Source: a virus
DNA: 64,000 nt
Reading direction: 5' to 3' (one strand)
IMG/VR virus record: IMGVR_UViG_3300034159_000051
Location: 65,261-129,260 of that record
Shown: positions 1 to 9,732 of the stretch, one piece after another
Layout: each line of letters begins with the position of its first letter
Numbering within the stretch: the first letter of the stretch is position 1
Position numbers and translations under genes: made by a program
Notes under the pieces: model-generated
Database searches by the model: none
What the model saw: only the letters and a program-made list of their open reading frames with translations
What the model was told of the DNA's origin: nothing

Positions 1-78
1 TGACTATTTCTCTCCGTTCTGATCCCTATATGAACGCCAATCTACTGGCGTTCATTTGTAACTTCGAGGGGCGGAGCC

Positions 79-429
79 TCAAGCCGCCCGGTTTTTCTCT
101 TTGATCTGCCGATCAATTCTATTAAGATGCTCGGCTACGTCTCGACTGAAGCACTCGCTGTGCTTTTTGACCGTTCGCGCAGCCTTTCCTGACGCCGCAA
201 ACGCAAACCCGAACTGCGTGTCGTATGAGAGGGCGAGGCCGCGGGATTCGAGATCGCGCCACGCTTCGAGATCCGGCCCATCGCGCCCGGTCAAATACGT
301 GTTCCGGGACGCAATGCCGAGCGGGTTTTGCGCCAAGCCAAGGCCGTGGCGGATCATGTTGCGCTGGTGCTCGCTCAGAATTGCGGGCGCTTCGAGCGTT
401 TCCATCATCTCGCAGAAGTTCCTGCTCAT
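79..429 (-). CDS. hypothetical phage protein
   Basis: 116-aa ORF coupled to the upstream gene by an ATGA overlap at 426-429. Confidence 0.6.
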   Translation of the reverse strand: MSRNFCEMMETLEAPAILSEHQRNMIRHGLGLAQNPLGIASRNTYLTGRDGPDLEAWRDLESRGLALSYDTQFGFAFAASGKAARTVKKHSECFSRDVAEHLNRIDRQIKEKNRAA

Positions 430-818
430 GACGCCGCCTTTCGGTTGTCGCGTAACCGCTTATCGCGCTCTGGGCTTTTGACCCGACCCTGGCCCGTTGG
501 TCCTGGCCGATTATCGACTAAGCGTCGATCGTGATCCGGGTTTTTAACCCGGCCCTGGCCCGTTGGTCCGGGTCGATTCGTCGCCAAACGCCTGTCGTGC
601 TCCGGGTTCTTGACGCGACCTTGTCCGGTCGGACCCGGTCGATTCGTCGCTAGACGCCTGTCGCGATCGGTGTCCTTGACACGACCTTGGCCTGTCGGAC
701 CCAATCTGTTCGATGCAAGGCGCTTGTCCCGCGAAGGGTCTTTGACGCGGCCCTGGCCGCCTTGCTTAACAGCAGGCTCATCCGCGGTCGGAGCCTCTTT
801 TTCTTTGGTTTTCGCCAT
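426..818 (-). CDS. basic protein with five 22-aa tandem repeats (QGRVKxxxxDxRLxxNRxGPTG)
   Basis: 66-nt periodicity at ~436-760; ATG at 818 preceded by an AGGGATCAA motif. Confidence 0.75.
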   Translation of the reverse strand: MAKTKEKEAPTADEPAVKQGGQGRVKDPSRDKRLASNRLGPTGQGRVKDTDRDRRLATNRPGPTGQGRVKNPEHDRRLATNRPGPTGQGRVKNPDHDRRLVDNRPGPTGQGRVKSPERDKRLRDNRKAAS

Positions 819-829
819 TGTTTGATCCC

Positions 830-1171
830 TCATTTTTCAAGCCAAGTAACTTCCCACGGCCGCATGCCTGGGACGCCGTTCTGCCGCCGCATGGCGCGGT
901 GGATCGGAAGCGGCTCTTTGGCGGGTTCTGGAGCGGATACCGCGGCCGGCTTGTCCACACCTGCGTACTGGTCGGACGGCGTTGCGCAGTCGATTTCGAT
1001 CAGCCTCGCGCGCCAATAGTCGCGGAGACGCTCGCGGCCATAGGCATCCTGGATAGCCACATCGGCCACGGTCAGAAGCATGCACCAATGGCAGGGCGGG
1101 TGCTGATGGCAATGGCACTCGCCGCCTAGTTTTTCCTCGATTTCATTATATTCATTATCCTGGTGGGTCAT
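830..1171 (-). CDS. hypothetical protein with CxCHxxPPCxxC motif
   Basis: CHCHQHPPCHWC putative metal-binding motif; GGAGG upstream of ATG 1171. Confidence 0.6.
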   Translation of the reverse strand: MTHQDNEYNEIEEKLGGECHCHQHPPCHWCMLLTVADVAIQDAYGRERLRDYWRARLIEIDCATPSDQYAGVDKPAAVSAPEPAKEPLPIHRAMRRQNGVPGMRPWEVTWLEK

Positions 1172-1398
1172 AGCGTCTTCCCTCCCTGCCACCATGCCGC
1201 GACGATTTCATAAGGAAGATCGACGCATCTATTAGGGCGCCCATCAAGAGGGGTTATAATAGTCGCAGTTTGACCATTGCTAACAATGTAAGCAATTTCG
1301 TTTCGCGTGTAATAAACCAACACGTTTTTCCCATCCGGGGTAGTTATAACAAGGTCTTCTCTAGCCAACCCTCCAGGGATTTCCACAATTCCACTCAT
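1168..1398 (-). CDS. hypothetical protein
   Basis: 76-aa ORF overlapping both neighbours by 4 nt. Confidence 0.5.
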   Translation of the reverse strand: MSGIVEIPGGLAREDLVITTPDGKNVLVYYTRNEIAYIVSNGQTATIITPLDGRPNRCVDLPYEIVAAWWQGGKTL

Positions 1399-1943
1399 AG
1401 CGCCTTGCCTCCCTCGCCAAATTCATGAACCGTCGCCTCGCAGTCGTCCTCGCCTTCATCATCAGCAAGGTGATCGTAATCATAGATCACGACGCGAGCC
1501 GGGCCGGTGCTGGAGACGCCGGAAACGACACCGCCGCTGACCTCGATCTTGATCTCGGGAATGACGGGCAGAGGAGTTGCATCATCTCGGATGGCGTCTG
1601 CGATTTTCTTCGCCGTTACGCATGTTACGGTGGCAATTAGAGCGGTCGTTGGTCCAGGTGTGGTCGGCTTCGTATTCGCCCAGATGTCGGCGATCTTCCC
1701 GGCGCGCTCCCGTTCAGCCATTAGCGCCAGTTGGACGATGCTGCGTGTATTCGCAATGGCTTTATCGGGGCACCCATCCAGATTGGACTGGATGATCTCA
1801 AGATTGGACTGGATGATTTCCAGAACGATTTCATCGAGCGTCTTGTTTTTCGGCGCGGAGCGGATAACGGAGCCGGTTTCGGCCTTTTTCGCAAAAAGCG
1901 CGGATTTCGCGAGGTCGCCAAGGCTATTTTTGTCGTCGGTCAC
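1395..1943 (-). CDS. hypothetical protein
   Basis: Probable GTG start at 1943 after AGGATCAAG; C-terminal IEVSGGVVxxVxS...VVIYDYD motif. Confidence 0.55.
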   Translation of the reverse strand: MTDDKNSLGDLAKSALFAKKAETGSVIRSAPKNKTLDEIVLEIIQSNLEIIQSNLDGCPDKAIANTRSIVQLALMAERERAGKIADIWANTKPTTPGPTTALIATVTCVTAKKIADAIRDDATPLPVIPEIKIEVSGGVVSGVSSTGPARVVIYDYDHLADDEGEDDCEATVHEFGEGGKAL

Positions 1944-2219
1944 GGCTTGATCCTCTCGATTGACCAAAGCGCCACGCCTCCGACAGAATGCTTGAGCCGG
2001 ACAACCGGCTGGCCATGGCCGAGCCGCCAAGGCTCTCCGTCGATTTCGGTCTCGATAAATTCGTCCTTGCCGCGGATAGGGCGATACCGAACAGGCGTCC
2101 CGTCCGGGTGTTTGGCGATCCACGCCTGCAATTCGGGTTCTGACATCGGCTTGGGCGGCTTCACGGTTTCACCTCGATAATGGAGTTTTGGGATGCAAAG
2201 ATGCTCGACCGTAGCGCGT

Positions 2220-2588
2220 TCACGCGGCGACCCTCTCCAGGGCGCGTCGCACATCGAAGCAACGGCTTTCGATGTCGGTCCGCAGGCGGCGCTCGGCCTC
2301 AAGGGCTTGACAGACAGCCAAGTGATCGAAAGAGGAGTACCTTTTGTCGCGCCGTTCAAACCAAAAGACATAGTTATCGTCCTGCATAGTCAGGCGTTCG
2401 ATAACTACATCAAGAAATCGAATGAGGCGACCTCCGAGCAATTTTCCATCCACCGTGAACCGACGGAGAAGCACCTTGACGGAGACGCGCTCGCTCGGCG
2501 CCAAAAAGTCAAACGGCCTCAACATGCTCTCGCGATCGTAATGCTCTGCGAAATTTCGCGGGTCTCGTAAAATCGGTTTCGTAGTCAT
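2220..2588 (-). CDS. hypothetical protein
   Basis: ATG 2588 preceded by AGGGATCAG (2594-2602). Confidence 0.6.
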   Translation of the reverse strand: MTTKPILRDPRNFAEHYDRESMLRPFDFLAPSERVSVKVLLRRFTVDGKLLGGRLIRFLDVVIERLTMQDDNYVFWFERRDKRYSSFDHLAVCQALEAERRLRTDIESRCFDVRRALERVAA

Positions 2589-2687
2589 CTGTTCTGATCC
2601 CTGTTACCGGGCTCCGGTTGAAACCGAAAGCCTATATACTAAAAGTAGGCAGTTTCTAGACGCTTGGCAAGCGGAATTTTTTAAAAG

Positions 2688-3326
2688 TTAAGAATTTTGC
2701 CCAAGACGGCGAAGCCATGCGTCCACGGGGCATAAGATTCCAAGCAAATAGGAGTTGTACCACTCGATCTGCGTCAGGCTGACGACAGGCGCCTCTTTCG
2801 TGGTCGGCGCGAGGATGATGCGCTTGCCGACGAACGAAAGGCGGCGTAGTAATAGAGCGTCCCCGACCCTCGCCAGCACGATGTCATCCTGTTCCGGGTC
2901 CAGATGTCGCGCGAAAAAGAGGATGTCGCCGCGTTTGATCGAGGGCTCCATTCCGTCATCCGGCGCCGCCATCGCAAACCCGCCATCGAGCTTGAAACAC
3001 GTTCCGGCGTAGCGCTTGGCGCGGACCGCCCCGGCGATCGCCGCGTCAACGGTCTTTTCCACAGTCAAAATGAGCGGGAGCAGATGCGGCAGCGGGGCCG
3101 TGAAATAGCTGGGCGGCTTCCGAAGCGCTTGCGCCAGGATTTCGAGCAATTGTTGGCTCCAGCGCCTTTTTTTGCCGTGCTCCCATTGGGAAAGCGTCTG
3201 CGGCGAAATGCGCCGACCAAGAAGCGGCTCCAGCGCATCAATAAGATCAGAGGCCTTCCATTTTAGCTCGAATCGAGCCATGACGATTCGTTGACCGACG
3301 AGCCTCCCAGGCGACGGCGCTGGCAT
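2688..3326 (-). CDS. XRE HTH + S24 peptidase repressor (CI/LexA-like)
   Basis: N-terminal HTH (ISPQTLSQWEHGKK); C-terminal DxMEPSIKRGDILF...DIVLARV..LLRRL S24-like domain; divergent from the next operon. Confidence 0.75.
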   Translation of the reverse strand: MPAPSPGRLVGQRIVMARFELKWKASDLIDALEPLLGRRISPQTLSQWEHGKKRRWSQQLLEILAQALRKPPSYFTAPLPHLLPLILTVEKTVDAAIAGAVRAKRYAGTCFKLDGGFAMAAPDDGMEPSIKRGDILFFARHLDPEQDDIVLARVGDALLLRRLSFVGKRIILAPTTKEAPVVSLTQIEWYNSYLLGILCPVDAWLRRLGQNS

Positions 3327-3566
3327 GGTCGCTCCTTTGAAAAACTGGAGCCGACGAATCTTGACAAGTTAATCGGCGGGATTTAAATTTTAAGACGACG
3401 AGGCAAAAGTCAAGCTTTTCTTAGTAGCGTTTGTTCGGGTTAGCGTTGTCCAGATATATGCCCGATAAGACCGGGTCGCGGCGACAAACGCGACCCGTGT
3501 TAATTTTTATCCACGACACGGCGCATGGTGGCTTGCGCCCAGCTTGCAAAAGCGAGGGAAAGCCGC

Positions 3567-4862
3567 ATGCACAAAGATCAGCCCAATCACCCCTATAAAG
3601 GCGTTTTCGCCGCCGTCGCCCTTATCGCCGTCATCATCGGCCTGCTTTCGGCTGGCGTGAATGGGTGGTTCGGCTGGCAGACCGGGAAAAACACCGCCTT
3701 CGTCGGCTGGATGCATTGGGGCTACGTCGCGGCGCTGGGATCTGGCCTCTTTGACATTCTCAAAGATTTCCTGCCGATTTTGGTCGTGATGGCGCTTACC
3801 CGCAAAGGCTGGGATTGGCGCTTGCGCCTGATCGCCATTGTGGCGCCGACCGCGCTATGGATTCCGCTCGCTTACAATTCATGGACTTACGCCAGCGGTG
3901 CCGCCATGCTGATCCAGTCTAACATGGCGGGCGTTCATTCGACTGAGGTCGAAGATAAGCGCCTGCTCATGAACGAAAAAAAGAGCCTGTCGGCCAGGAA
4001 AAACGGCTGGGCGGCGGAAACCAAAGAGCCGACCGCGATCGAATCCGAGATCCAGGCCCACATGCTTGATCCAAAATGGAGATCGGCGGGGGAATGCGTT
4101 TTTGCGACAAATGACAAGGAGCGCGCCTATTGCAAACGCTACCATGAGCTTGTCGCCGCCAAAAAACTCGCAGAGAGGCAGTTGGCCGAGCAGAAGAAAA
4201 CAGACGACCGCTTGACCGCAATCGAGGAGAAGCTTTCGGGCATGGCGGCCGTCCTCGTTACGCCAGAGACGGCGAGCCTGCCGATCGAGGATGAGGAGAC
4301 GCGCGCCAGCAAGGCCCACCTATGGGCCGCCCTTCTGGAGGGCATCCCGACGGGGCTCCCGGTCATCCTTTACGTTTTCGCCGTGCTTCTGACGACGGAA
4401 GCCGAGGCGGCGGCCAAGAAAAGGGCGGAGGAGGAGCAGGCTTTAGCGGCTATCCCTATGGTCGCAGCCAAGCCTGCACGCCGGGCGGCCGCGCCGAAGA
4501 TCGCGCTAGAGCCAATGACTGAGCCGGAGGCTCAAAGAGCGGTCGAGGCCTTGCAGCCGGACGCCCCGGCCGAGCCCCTGGCTCTGCCGAAGCCAAGCGC
4601 CGAAGCCGATACTCGGGCGTTTGAGGCCGCGGTCGAACCCTTAACCGGAGACGTCGCTTTGCCCGCCATCATAGCGGCGTGCGAGGCCGCCGCCGGCCGC
4701 CCGGTCGACTCGCGGACGGTCGCCGCCTTCCTCCGCGGCAAGGCCGGCGTGAGAAAGCTTGAGACGCGGGCGTCTTACGAAGGCAAGCGCGCGGTTTGGT
4801 ATGCCTTCAGCGGGGCCGGCAAGCGCAAAGGACCGCGCCTTGTCGCCAGCCGGGCCGCTTAG
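3567..4862 (+). CDS. multi-pass membrane protein with coiled coil and GEC...YC motif
   Basis: Several hydrophobic segments; shares a motif with 30869-32053. Confidence 0.65.
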   Translation: MHKDQPNHPYKGVFAAVALIAVIIGLLSAGVNGWFGWQTGKNTAFVGWMHWGYVAALGSGLFDILKDFLPILVVMALTRKGWDWRLRLIAIVAPTALWIPLAYNSWTYASGAAMLIQSNMAGVHSTEVEDKRLLMNEKKSLSARKNGWAAETKEPTAIESEIQAHMLDPKWRSAGECVFATNDKERAYCKRYHELVAAKKLAERQLAEQKKTDDRLTAIEEKLSGMAAVLVTPETASLPIEDEETRASKAHLWAALLEGIPTGLPVILYVFAVLLTTEAEAAAKKRAEEEQALAAIPMVAAKPARRAAAPKIALEPMTEPEAQRAVEALQPDAPAEPLALPKPSAEADTRAFEAAVEPLTGDVALPAIIAACEAAAGRPVDSRTVAAFLRGKAGVRKLETRASYEGKRAVWYAFSGAGKRKGPRLVASRAA

Positions 4863-5260
4863 CGCCGCGCCGCCTGCTGTTGGATGAATGCGGTCTGCCG
4901 GCACTCTTCGCAAGCGTCGCTCGCATTCGCCGCGCTCAGAATTGAGCTTGTGCGCCGCGTCTCATAGCGCCCGCAGACGCAGCGCACGACCCAGAGGGCG
5001 CCGCGGTTCGGCCGGCTCTTTCCCGTCGCGGAAAGGCCGGCCACAGTCAAGCGCCCGACGCTTCTGTTGATCAGGTTCGGCGTCGTCGAGTTCCTGGGGA
5101 TCGGACGCATCGGAAGAGGGACGTCGGAATGTTGCTGGGTGATCTTCTTCTTGGATTCGAAGACTTCGTCGACTTGCGCCGTCACGCGCCCGGCTTTGGC
5201 GTCGAGCGGGGAAGAGGCAAAGATGCGATCGAACTGTGTGGTTCGTGGTCCTTTGGACAT
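4859..5260 (-). CDS. protein with GRLTV...WxxxCxCG...CxxC module (as at the N-terminus of many phage HNH/AP2 proteins)
   Basis: Motif in translation; ATG 5260 after AGGGATCAG. Confidence 0.55.
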   Translation of the reverse strand: MSKGPRTTQFDRIFASSPLDAKAGRVTAQVDEVFESKKKITQQHSDVPLPMRPIPRNSTTPNLINRSVGRLTVAGLSATGKSRPNRGALWVVRCVCGRYETRRTSSILSAANASDACEECRQTAFIQQQAARR

Positions 5261-5422
5261 AACGCTGATCCCTTGATCACACCCCTGAAAAAGAACAGGG
5301 CCGCCCAAGCAGCAGTTGCCAGCGGGCAGCCCTTTTCTAAAGGGATCAGAAGCCGGCCTCCATCCTCAGCGTCGCGTTAACGTCGCAAGTAGGAGAGGCT
5401 CTGATAGAGGGAATATAGCAGG

Positions 5423-5878
5423 ATGCTCCAAGGTTTACAACCCCGCCTAACAGCCGCGCAATATCGCGCGCTGATCACGAAGAAGACCGCGGCGCCGAAG
5501 CGCTCCAAGGCCGGCGCGCGGCCGGACATCTCCCTGTCGATCTATTTTCGATCGGCCTGGGAGGCTAATTTCGCTCGCTACCTGAATTTGCTGATGAAGA
5601 TGGGCGTCGTTGAGAGCTGGGCGCATGAACCGGAAACTTTCTGGTTCGAGGGCATCAAGCGCGGCACCTGCAGCTACAAGCCGGATTTCAAAGTCTGGTA
5701 TGTCGGCGACCCGAAGCCGGAATACGTCGAGATCAAGGGCCGCGTCCTGCCGACGGATAAGACAAAATGGAAGCGGATGGCGAAATATCACCCCGGCGTC
5801 CGGCTCGTGATCGTCGGCAAAAAAGAGTATGCCTGGATCAGGGCAAAGTGGGCCGGGGCGATCCCGGCATGGGAGTAA
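5423..5878 (+). CDS. PD-(D/E)XK nuclease-fold protein (DUF1064/TnsA-N-like)
   Basis: FRSxWEANFA...YKPDF...YVEIKG motif. Confidence 0.7.
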   Translation: MLQGLQPRLTAAQYRALITKKTAAPKRSKAGARPDISLSIYFRSAWEANFARYLNLLMKMGVVESWAHEPETFWFEGIKRGTCSYKPDFKVWYVGDPKPEYVEIKGRVLPTDKTKWKRMAKYHPGVRLVIVGKKEYAWIRAKWAGAIPAWE

Positions 5879-5881
5879 GGT

Positions 5882-6100
5882 ATGACGCAGAAATTCAAAG
5901 ATGCAACCACGGCAAGAAAGTACGTGAATGATTTCAAGCACATTCTCGGGCGCGATGTGTCTTTCGTCGAGACCTCTATGCATAGAACCATCCATTTCGA
6001 CACAATGACCGACGAGGACGCCATCTGGGTCGCAGAGCAGCTCCGCGAAATAGAGCTTGAGGCGGCGCAGCGATCACGCGGCAGAAGAGGCGCAAATTAA
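5882..6100 (+). CDS. hypothetical protein
   Basis: 72-aa ORF with GGAG RBS. Confidence 0.5.
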   Translation: MTQKFKDATTARKYVNDFKHILGRDVSFVETSMHRTIHFDTMTDEDAIWVAEQLREIELEAAQRSRGRRGAN

Positions 6101-6227
6101 TTTTTTAGGCAAATGTAAGCAGAAGCGAGCAAAAGCGAGCAGCCGGAGCGCCGCCCCGGAAATTGGTTTGACACTCAATTTTGTTGAGCGCCAGAATTTG
6201 GCGTTCAAACCGCCCGGAGCCAAATCG

Positions 6228-7091
6228 ATGACCCTTCCCGCCGAGATCGTAGTAGTTCGCGACGGCACCCCTATGGTGTCAACTTTACAAATCGCTGAGC
6301 TTTACGAAAAAGAACATAAAAACGTACTTTCAGCCATAAAAAACCTGCAAGTCTCTGATTCTTTTAGAGAACTTAACTTTAAGCTCTCTGATTACAGCGT
6401 GGATGGCCAAGTGAGGCGTTACCCTATGTTTTGGGTAACCAGAGACGGGTTCTGGCGCCTATCGATGGCGTTCAGTCAGACACCCAAAGCGGCGGATGTA
6501 TGCGAAGGCATTATCGAGGCGCTAAACTGGGCTGAGAAGCAGATCCTTAAGGGCAAGGGATCTGTCCTTATCACCGATATGGATGCCGAACAGCTTTTCC
6601 AGCTCGCAGCGGAGCGCGCCCGGAAAGAGCGGATCGAGCGAGATCAGGCGATCGCCAATGAAAAGGCGACCATTGAGGAAACGAGAAAACTCATAACCCA
6701 AGAACGTGGCCACCAGGAAAGGACCAACCAGCAATGGAGGGATGAACTAACCAAGCTGGGAAAAAAAGCTCTTTACCTAGCGAACAATCTGGCGAAGTCA
6801 GCTCAGCAAGAGCAGTTCGACCTGACGGTCATCCAGGGCGGGAAAAAACTTGGAAATGTGTGTGAGTGGTTCGGCGAAGAAATGACCCCAAGCACTAAGC
6901 CGGGCTTCACCCTCAGTCGAGACAAAACATATATGCAATATTTAGCTTGGTGCGAAAGCAAAAATAGAAAACATGTTAATTTGAATGAATTTATAGCCAC
7001 CCTTGTGAGGGAGCTTGGGGTCGGGTTCAATTCGACCTCTGGAGTCTTTATCGGCATTGCCCCAAAAAGCGATAATTCCAAAACTGGGTAG
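6228..7091 (+). CDS. Rha-family regulatory protein with C-terminal D5-like winged-helix domain
   Basis: STLQIAELYEKEHKNVLSAIKNL...NFKLSDY...YPMFWVTRDGF Rha signature. Confidence 0.8.
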   Translation: MTLPAEIVVVRDGTPMVSTLQIAELYEKEHKNVLSAIKNLQVSDSFRELNFKLSDYSVDGQVRRYPMFWVTRDGFWRLSMAFSQTPKAADVCEGIIEALNWAEKQILKGKGSVLITDMDAEQLFQLAAERARKERIERDQAIANEKATIEETRKLITQERGHQERTNQQWRDELTKLGKKALYLANNLAKSAQQEQFDLTVIQGGKKLGNVCEWFGEEMTPSTKPGFTLSRDKTYMQYLAWCESKNRKHVNLNEFIATLVRELGVGFNSTSGVFIGIAPKSDNSKTG

Positions 7092-7383
7092 CAGTTCGCC
7101 TTGACGAACGAGGTCCGGTTTCATAATTTACAATTCCTGTGAGGCTCATCCGTGGTGCCACGCCAAGCAATCACGCAGCAGCAAGTTTCCTGACGCTCAT
7201 CTACGGCGCCACAACGCCGAAAAACGACGATGCTGAAAACAAAAAGGCCAGCCTCTGCTGGTCTTTTTGCGTTTCTGGGCCTTGTTCCCGCACAGCTTGC
7301 CCACCGGCGCGGAAAGTCTCTTGCCAAAGCAAATGGAAATAGCTTATAAAGGCTGCAAAAGCCAGCAGGAGAGCACACGGGTT

Positions 7384-7578
7384 ATGGAATATCTTCCTTC
7401 GCAAGAAGCCGCCAGGAAGCTCGGCGTTTCCGATCAAACGCTTCGAAATTGGGCTAAAGCGGGAAAGATTGATTTCATTCGGACAGCCGGGAACCAGCGC
7501 CGGTACAATGTCGAGTCCATCATGAGAGAAGCGCGAGAGCGCGCGGCTGAGGATTGCAGAGGCAGGGATCAGGCATAA
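7384..7578 (+). CDS. MerR-type HTH / excisionase-like protein
   Basis: EAARKLGVSDQTLRNWAKAGKIDFIRTAGNQRRY. Confidence 0.8.
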   Translation: MEYLPSQEAARKLGVSDQTLRNWAKAGKIDFIRTAGNQRRYNVESIMREARERAAEDCRGRDQA

Positions 7579-7780
7579 GAAAAAGGACGGAGCCGCCACA
7601 GCACCGTCCTTGAATTAGAAAACCCAACGGAACCCGACCAGGAAATCCAAGGGCACCTCACGAGGTCAATCGCTTAACCGGCTCGCGCCGATCACGAGGT
7701 CATGCCTCCATGAAGAAAGGCACTGTCATGATATATACAGGTGCTAGTCGCAGCCGTCAATTCCTTGAAGGAATTTCGGC

Positions 7781-9262
7781 ATGATGCGCAGCGAAAATTC
7801 CCATCACGATGTCGATGATTTTCAGCAGCCGCGGGCCGTAGACGCCGAGCGGGATGATGTTCCTTGCGTCTCTTCTTCCTTTCGAGAGCAACACGATTTT
7901 GGAGGCGCCCCCGTGACCACAGAAACGCCGGTGGTCGGCGACCGCAATGCGTCTGAAGGGTGGATCAATGCCCACCGCGCCATGCGCAAGAACCCTACCG
8001 TTGGGTTCCTGAATGAGGATGGCTCCCGCAGGCGAAACGCAAAAAAAACGTGCGAGGGAATGGCGTGGTTAGACCTTTGCATGGAGGCCGGCTGGAAACC
8101 ACAAACTTACAATAATAAAGGAAGAATGATCACCCTTTTGCGCGGCCAGTTTGTTGGCGCTCGCGCATGGTTGGCCGCCCGATGGGGATGGACCGAAGAT
8201 GAGGTGAAATGGTTTCTTAAAAAACTTGTTCGAGACGAAATGATCACGCTCGGATCTGGCGATCGTGCCGAAGAATCGCACCAGGATCACACCGGAACTG
8301 CGCCCAATCAAACAGACAAGAGCGCCCAATCAAACACCAAAAAGAGGGCTCACTTCGCAAACGTCATAACCGTCTGTAATTACAACATTTATCAGACGGC
8401 AAAAGAGCTTGAAACGCTCCTTTCCAGGCACCCAACACCCAATCAAGCGCCCAATCGAAACGATACGAGCGCCCATCCAGCGCCCATCCAGCGCCCACAT
8501 ATAGAAGAAGGAAATAAGGAAAAAAAAGAAGAGAGAGAGAGAGAGGATATCGGCGAACAGCGCGAAGTCGCGCCGCCGCCCCCACCGGTGGAAGCGCTCG
8601 CTCCGGTTCGGATGAACTGCACGGCGATCATCGCGCCCGGGTTCTCGATCCCCTACTCATCGATCGCCGCCGCGGCGACATCGACCGGCCTCGATCCGGA
8701 TCGAGCGAAGGAGCTTGCGTTCTCGATCGCCGAGGAATGGCACGAAAACGGGAGAACGCCGCGGTCCCCCTCTGGAATGCTCCTGACCGCGTTCAAGAAG
8801 CACGTTGAGGCCGGGAAGCCGAAAGAGGACGAGCCGGTGCTCTTCGATCTCGGGCCGCCCGACGTGCGGCCGAAGCGCGTCACAAAGGCGGGCGTCCGGC
8901 TCGACGCGGATTTCGTTCTGCCGGAGAGTTGGCGCGCCTGGGCGAAGCAGGAGCACGCCCTTCAGGACGGCCAGATTGACGCCGAGGTCAAAAAATTCGT
9001 GCGTTGGTGGACGGGAGCGGACGCCAAGAACGCGGCCAAAAAAGACTGGAAACGCACCTGGGAAAATTGGGTGGACCGATCCGTAAGCTCCGGGCGGATC
9101 GCAAAGGCGGTTGCGACGCCGCAGCAACAGCAAGTCTTCAATCCGCTCCCGTATCAGGAATCGAACTGCTCAGATGTTGTTTGGCAGAAGAGACTCAAGC
9201 AGTTTCTCGAAAAAGGCGCCTGCACGCTTGAGCAGGCTGTCGCTCGCGGGTTCCGGCCATGA
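7781..9262 (+). CDS. phage replication initiator protein (lambdoid O-like architecture)
   Basis: EGWINAHR...AWLDL...LLRGQF...LAARWGW HTH, VITVCNYNIYQ, internal iterons, C-terminal KKDWKRTWENW; directly upstream of the primase-helicase. Confidence 0.7.
   Translation: MMRSENSHHDVDDFQQPRAVDAERDDVPCVSSSFREQHDFGGAPVTTETPVVGDRNASEGWINAHRAMRKNPTVGFLNEDGSRRRNAKKTCEGMAWLDLCMEAGWKPQTYNNKGRMITLLRGQFVGARAWLAARWGWTEDEVKWFLKKLVRDEMITLGSGDRAEESHQDHTGTAPNQTDKSAQSNTKKRAHFANVITVCNYNIYQTAKELETLLSRHPTPNQAPNRNDTSAHPAPIQRPHIEEGNKEKKEEREREDIGEQREVAPPPPPVEALAPVRMNCTAIIAPGFSIPYSSIAAAATSTGLDPDRAKELAFSIAEEWHENGRTPRSPSGMLLTAFKKHVEAGKPKEDEPVLFDLGPPDVRPKRVTKAGVRLDADFVLPESWRAWAKQEHALQDGQIDAEVKKFVRWWTGADAKNAAKKDWKRTWENWVDRSVSSGRIAKAVATPQQQQVFNPLPYQESNCSDVVWQKRLKQFLEKGACTLEQAVARGFRP
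8300..8545. repeat. probable replication origin: iterons plus A-rich tract inside the initiator gene
   Basis: GCGCCCAATCAAACA at 8300 and 8322; CACCCAATC/GCGCCCAATC at 8436 and 8447; AGCGCCCA at 8468, 8479 and 8490 (11-bp period); then an A-rich purine run. Confidence 0.65.
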
Positions 9263-9732
9263 AAAGCGCTTACGATCTTTGCTCGGAAGAAGGATTTCGC
9301 CTCAAAAGTTACAGCTACGGAAAGCAATACACCACCTGCCCGAAATGCTCAGCCTCTCGGCACGGTTCGAACCGGAAGGCGAAATGCCTGGGCGTCAAAA
9401 TCGACGAGCTTGGCATAAAGTGGGCCTGCCATCATTGCCAGGACCACGGCTACAGATTTTACGACGAAGGGGATCAGAATGCAGGAAACAGAGGCCTTTT
9501 CCCAACGTGGGTTAGACGCGGAAGTGGCTTCGGACCTCGGCGCGACATTCGAGAGCGGGAGGTTCGTGTTTGCGTACAAGAGCCACGGCAAGCCTACATT
9601 TCGAAAGATCAGGAGGCCCGGCAAGGAGTTCCACATCGAGCCGAGCGGGGCTCCTCTGCATTTTTGGAACATCGACAGCGTTCGGAAGCTTGGGTCGAAA
9701 CCGAAGCATCCTCTCGTAATCACCGAAGGTGA
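9259..9732 (+). CDS. stand-alone primase zinc-binding domain (CxxC...CHHC) with a tail overlapping the next gene
   Basis: TTCPKCS...CLGVKID...WACHHC, as in T7 gp4/Twinkle ZBDs. Confidence 0.65.
   Translation: MKSAYDLCSEEGFRLKSYSYGKQYTTCPKCSASRHGSNRKAKCLGVKIDELGIKWACHHCQDHGYRFYDEGDQNAGNRGLFPTWVRRGSGFGPRRDIREREVRVCVQEPRQAYISKDQEARQGVPHRAERGSSAFLEHRQRSEAWVETEASSRNHRR

Noticed and set aside
6648-6659. 12-nt match to the predicted target of unit 10 (GCGATCGCCAAT)
   Set aside because: About one such partial match is expected by chance across 26 guides; the remaining bases mostly mismatch.
7384-7578. IS607 element
   Set aside because: MerR-type HTH only; no serine recombinase domain or tnpB follows.
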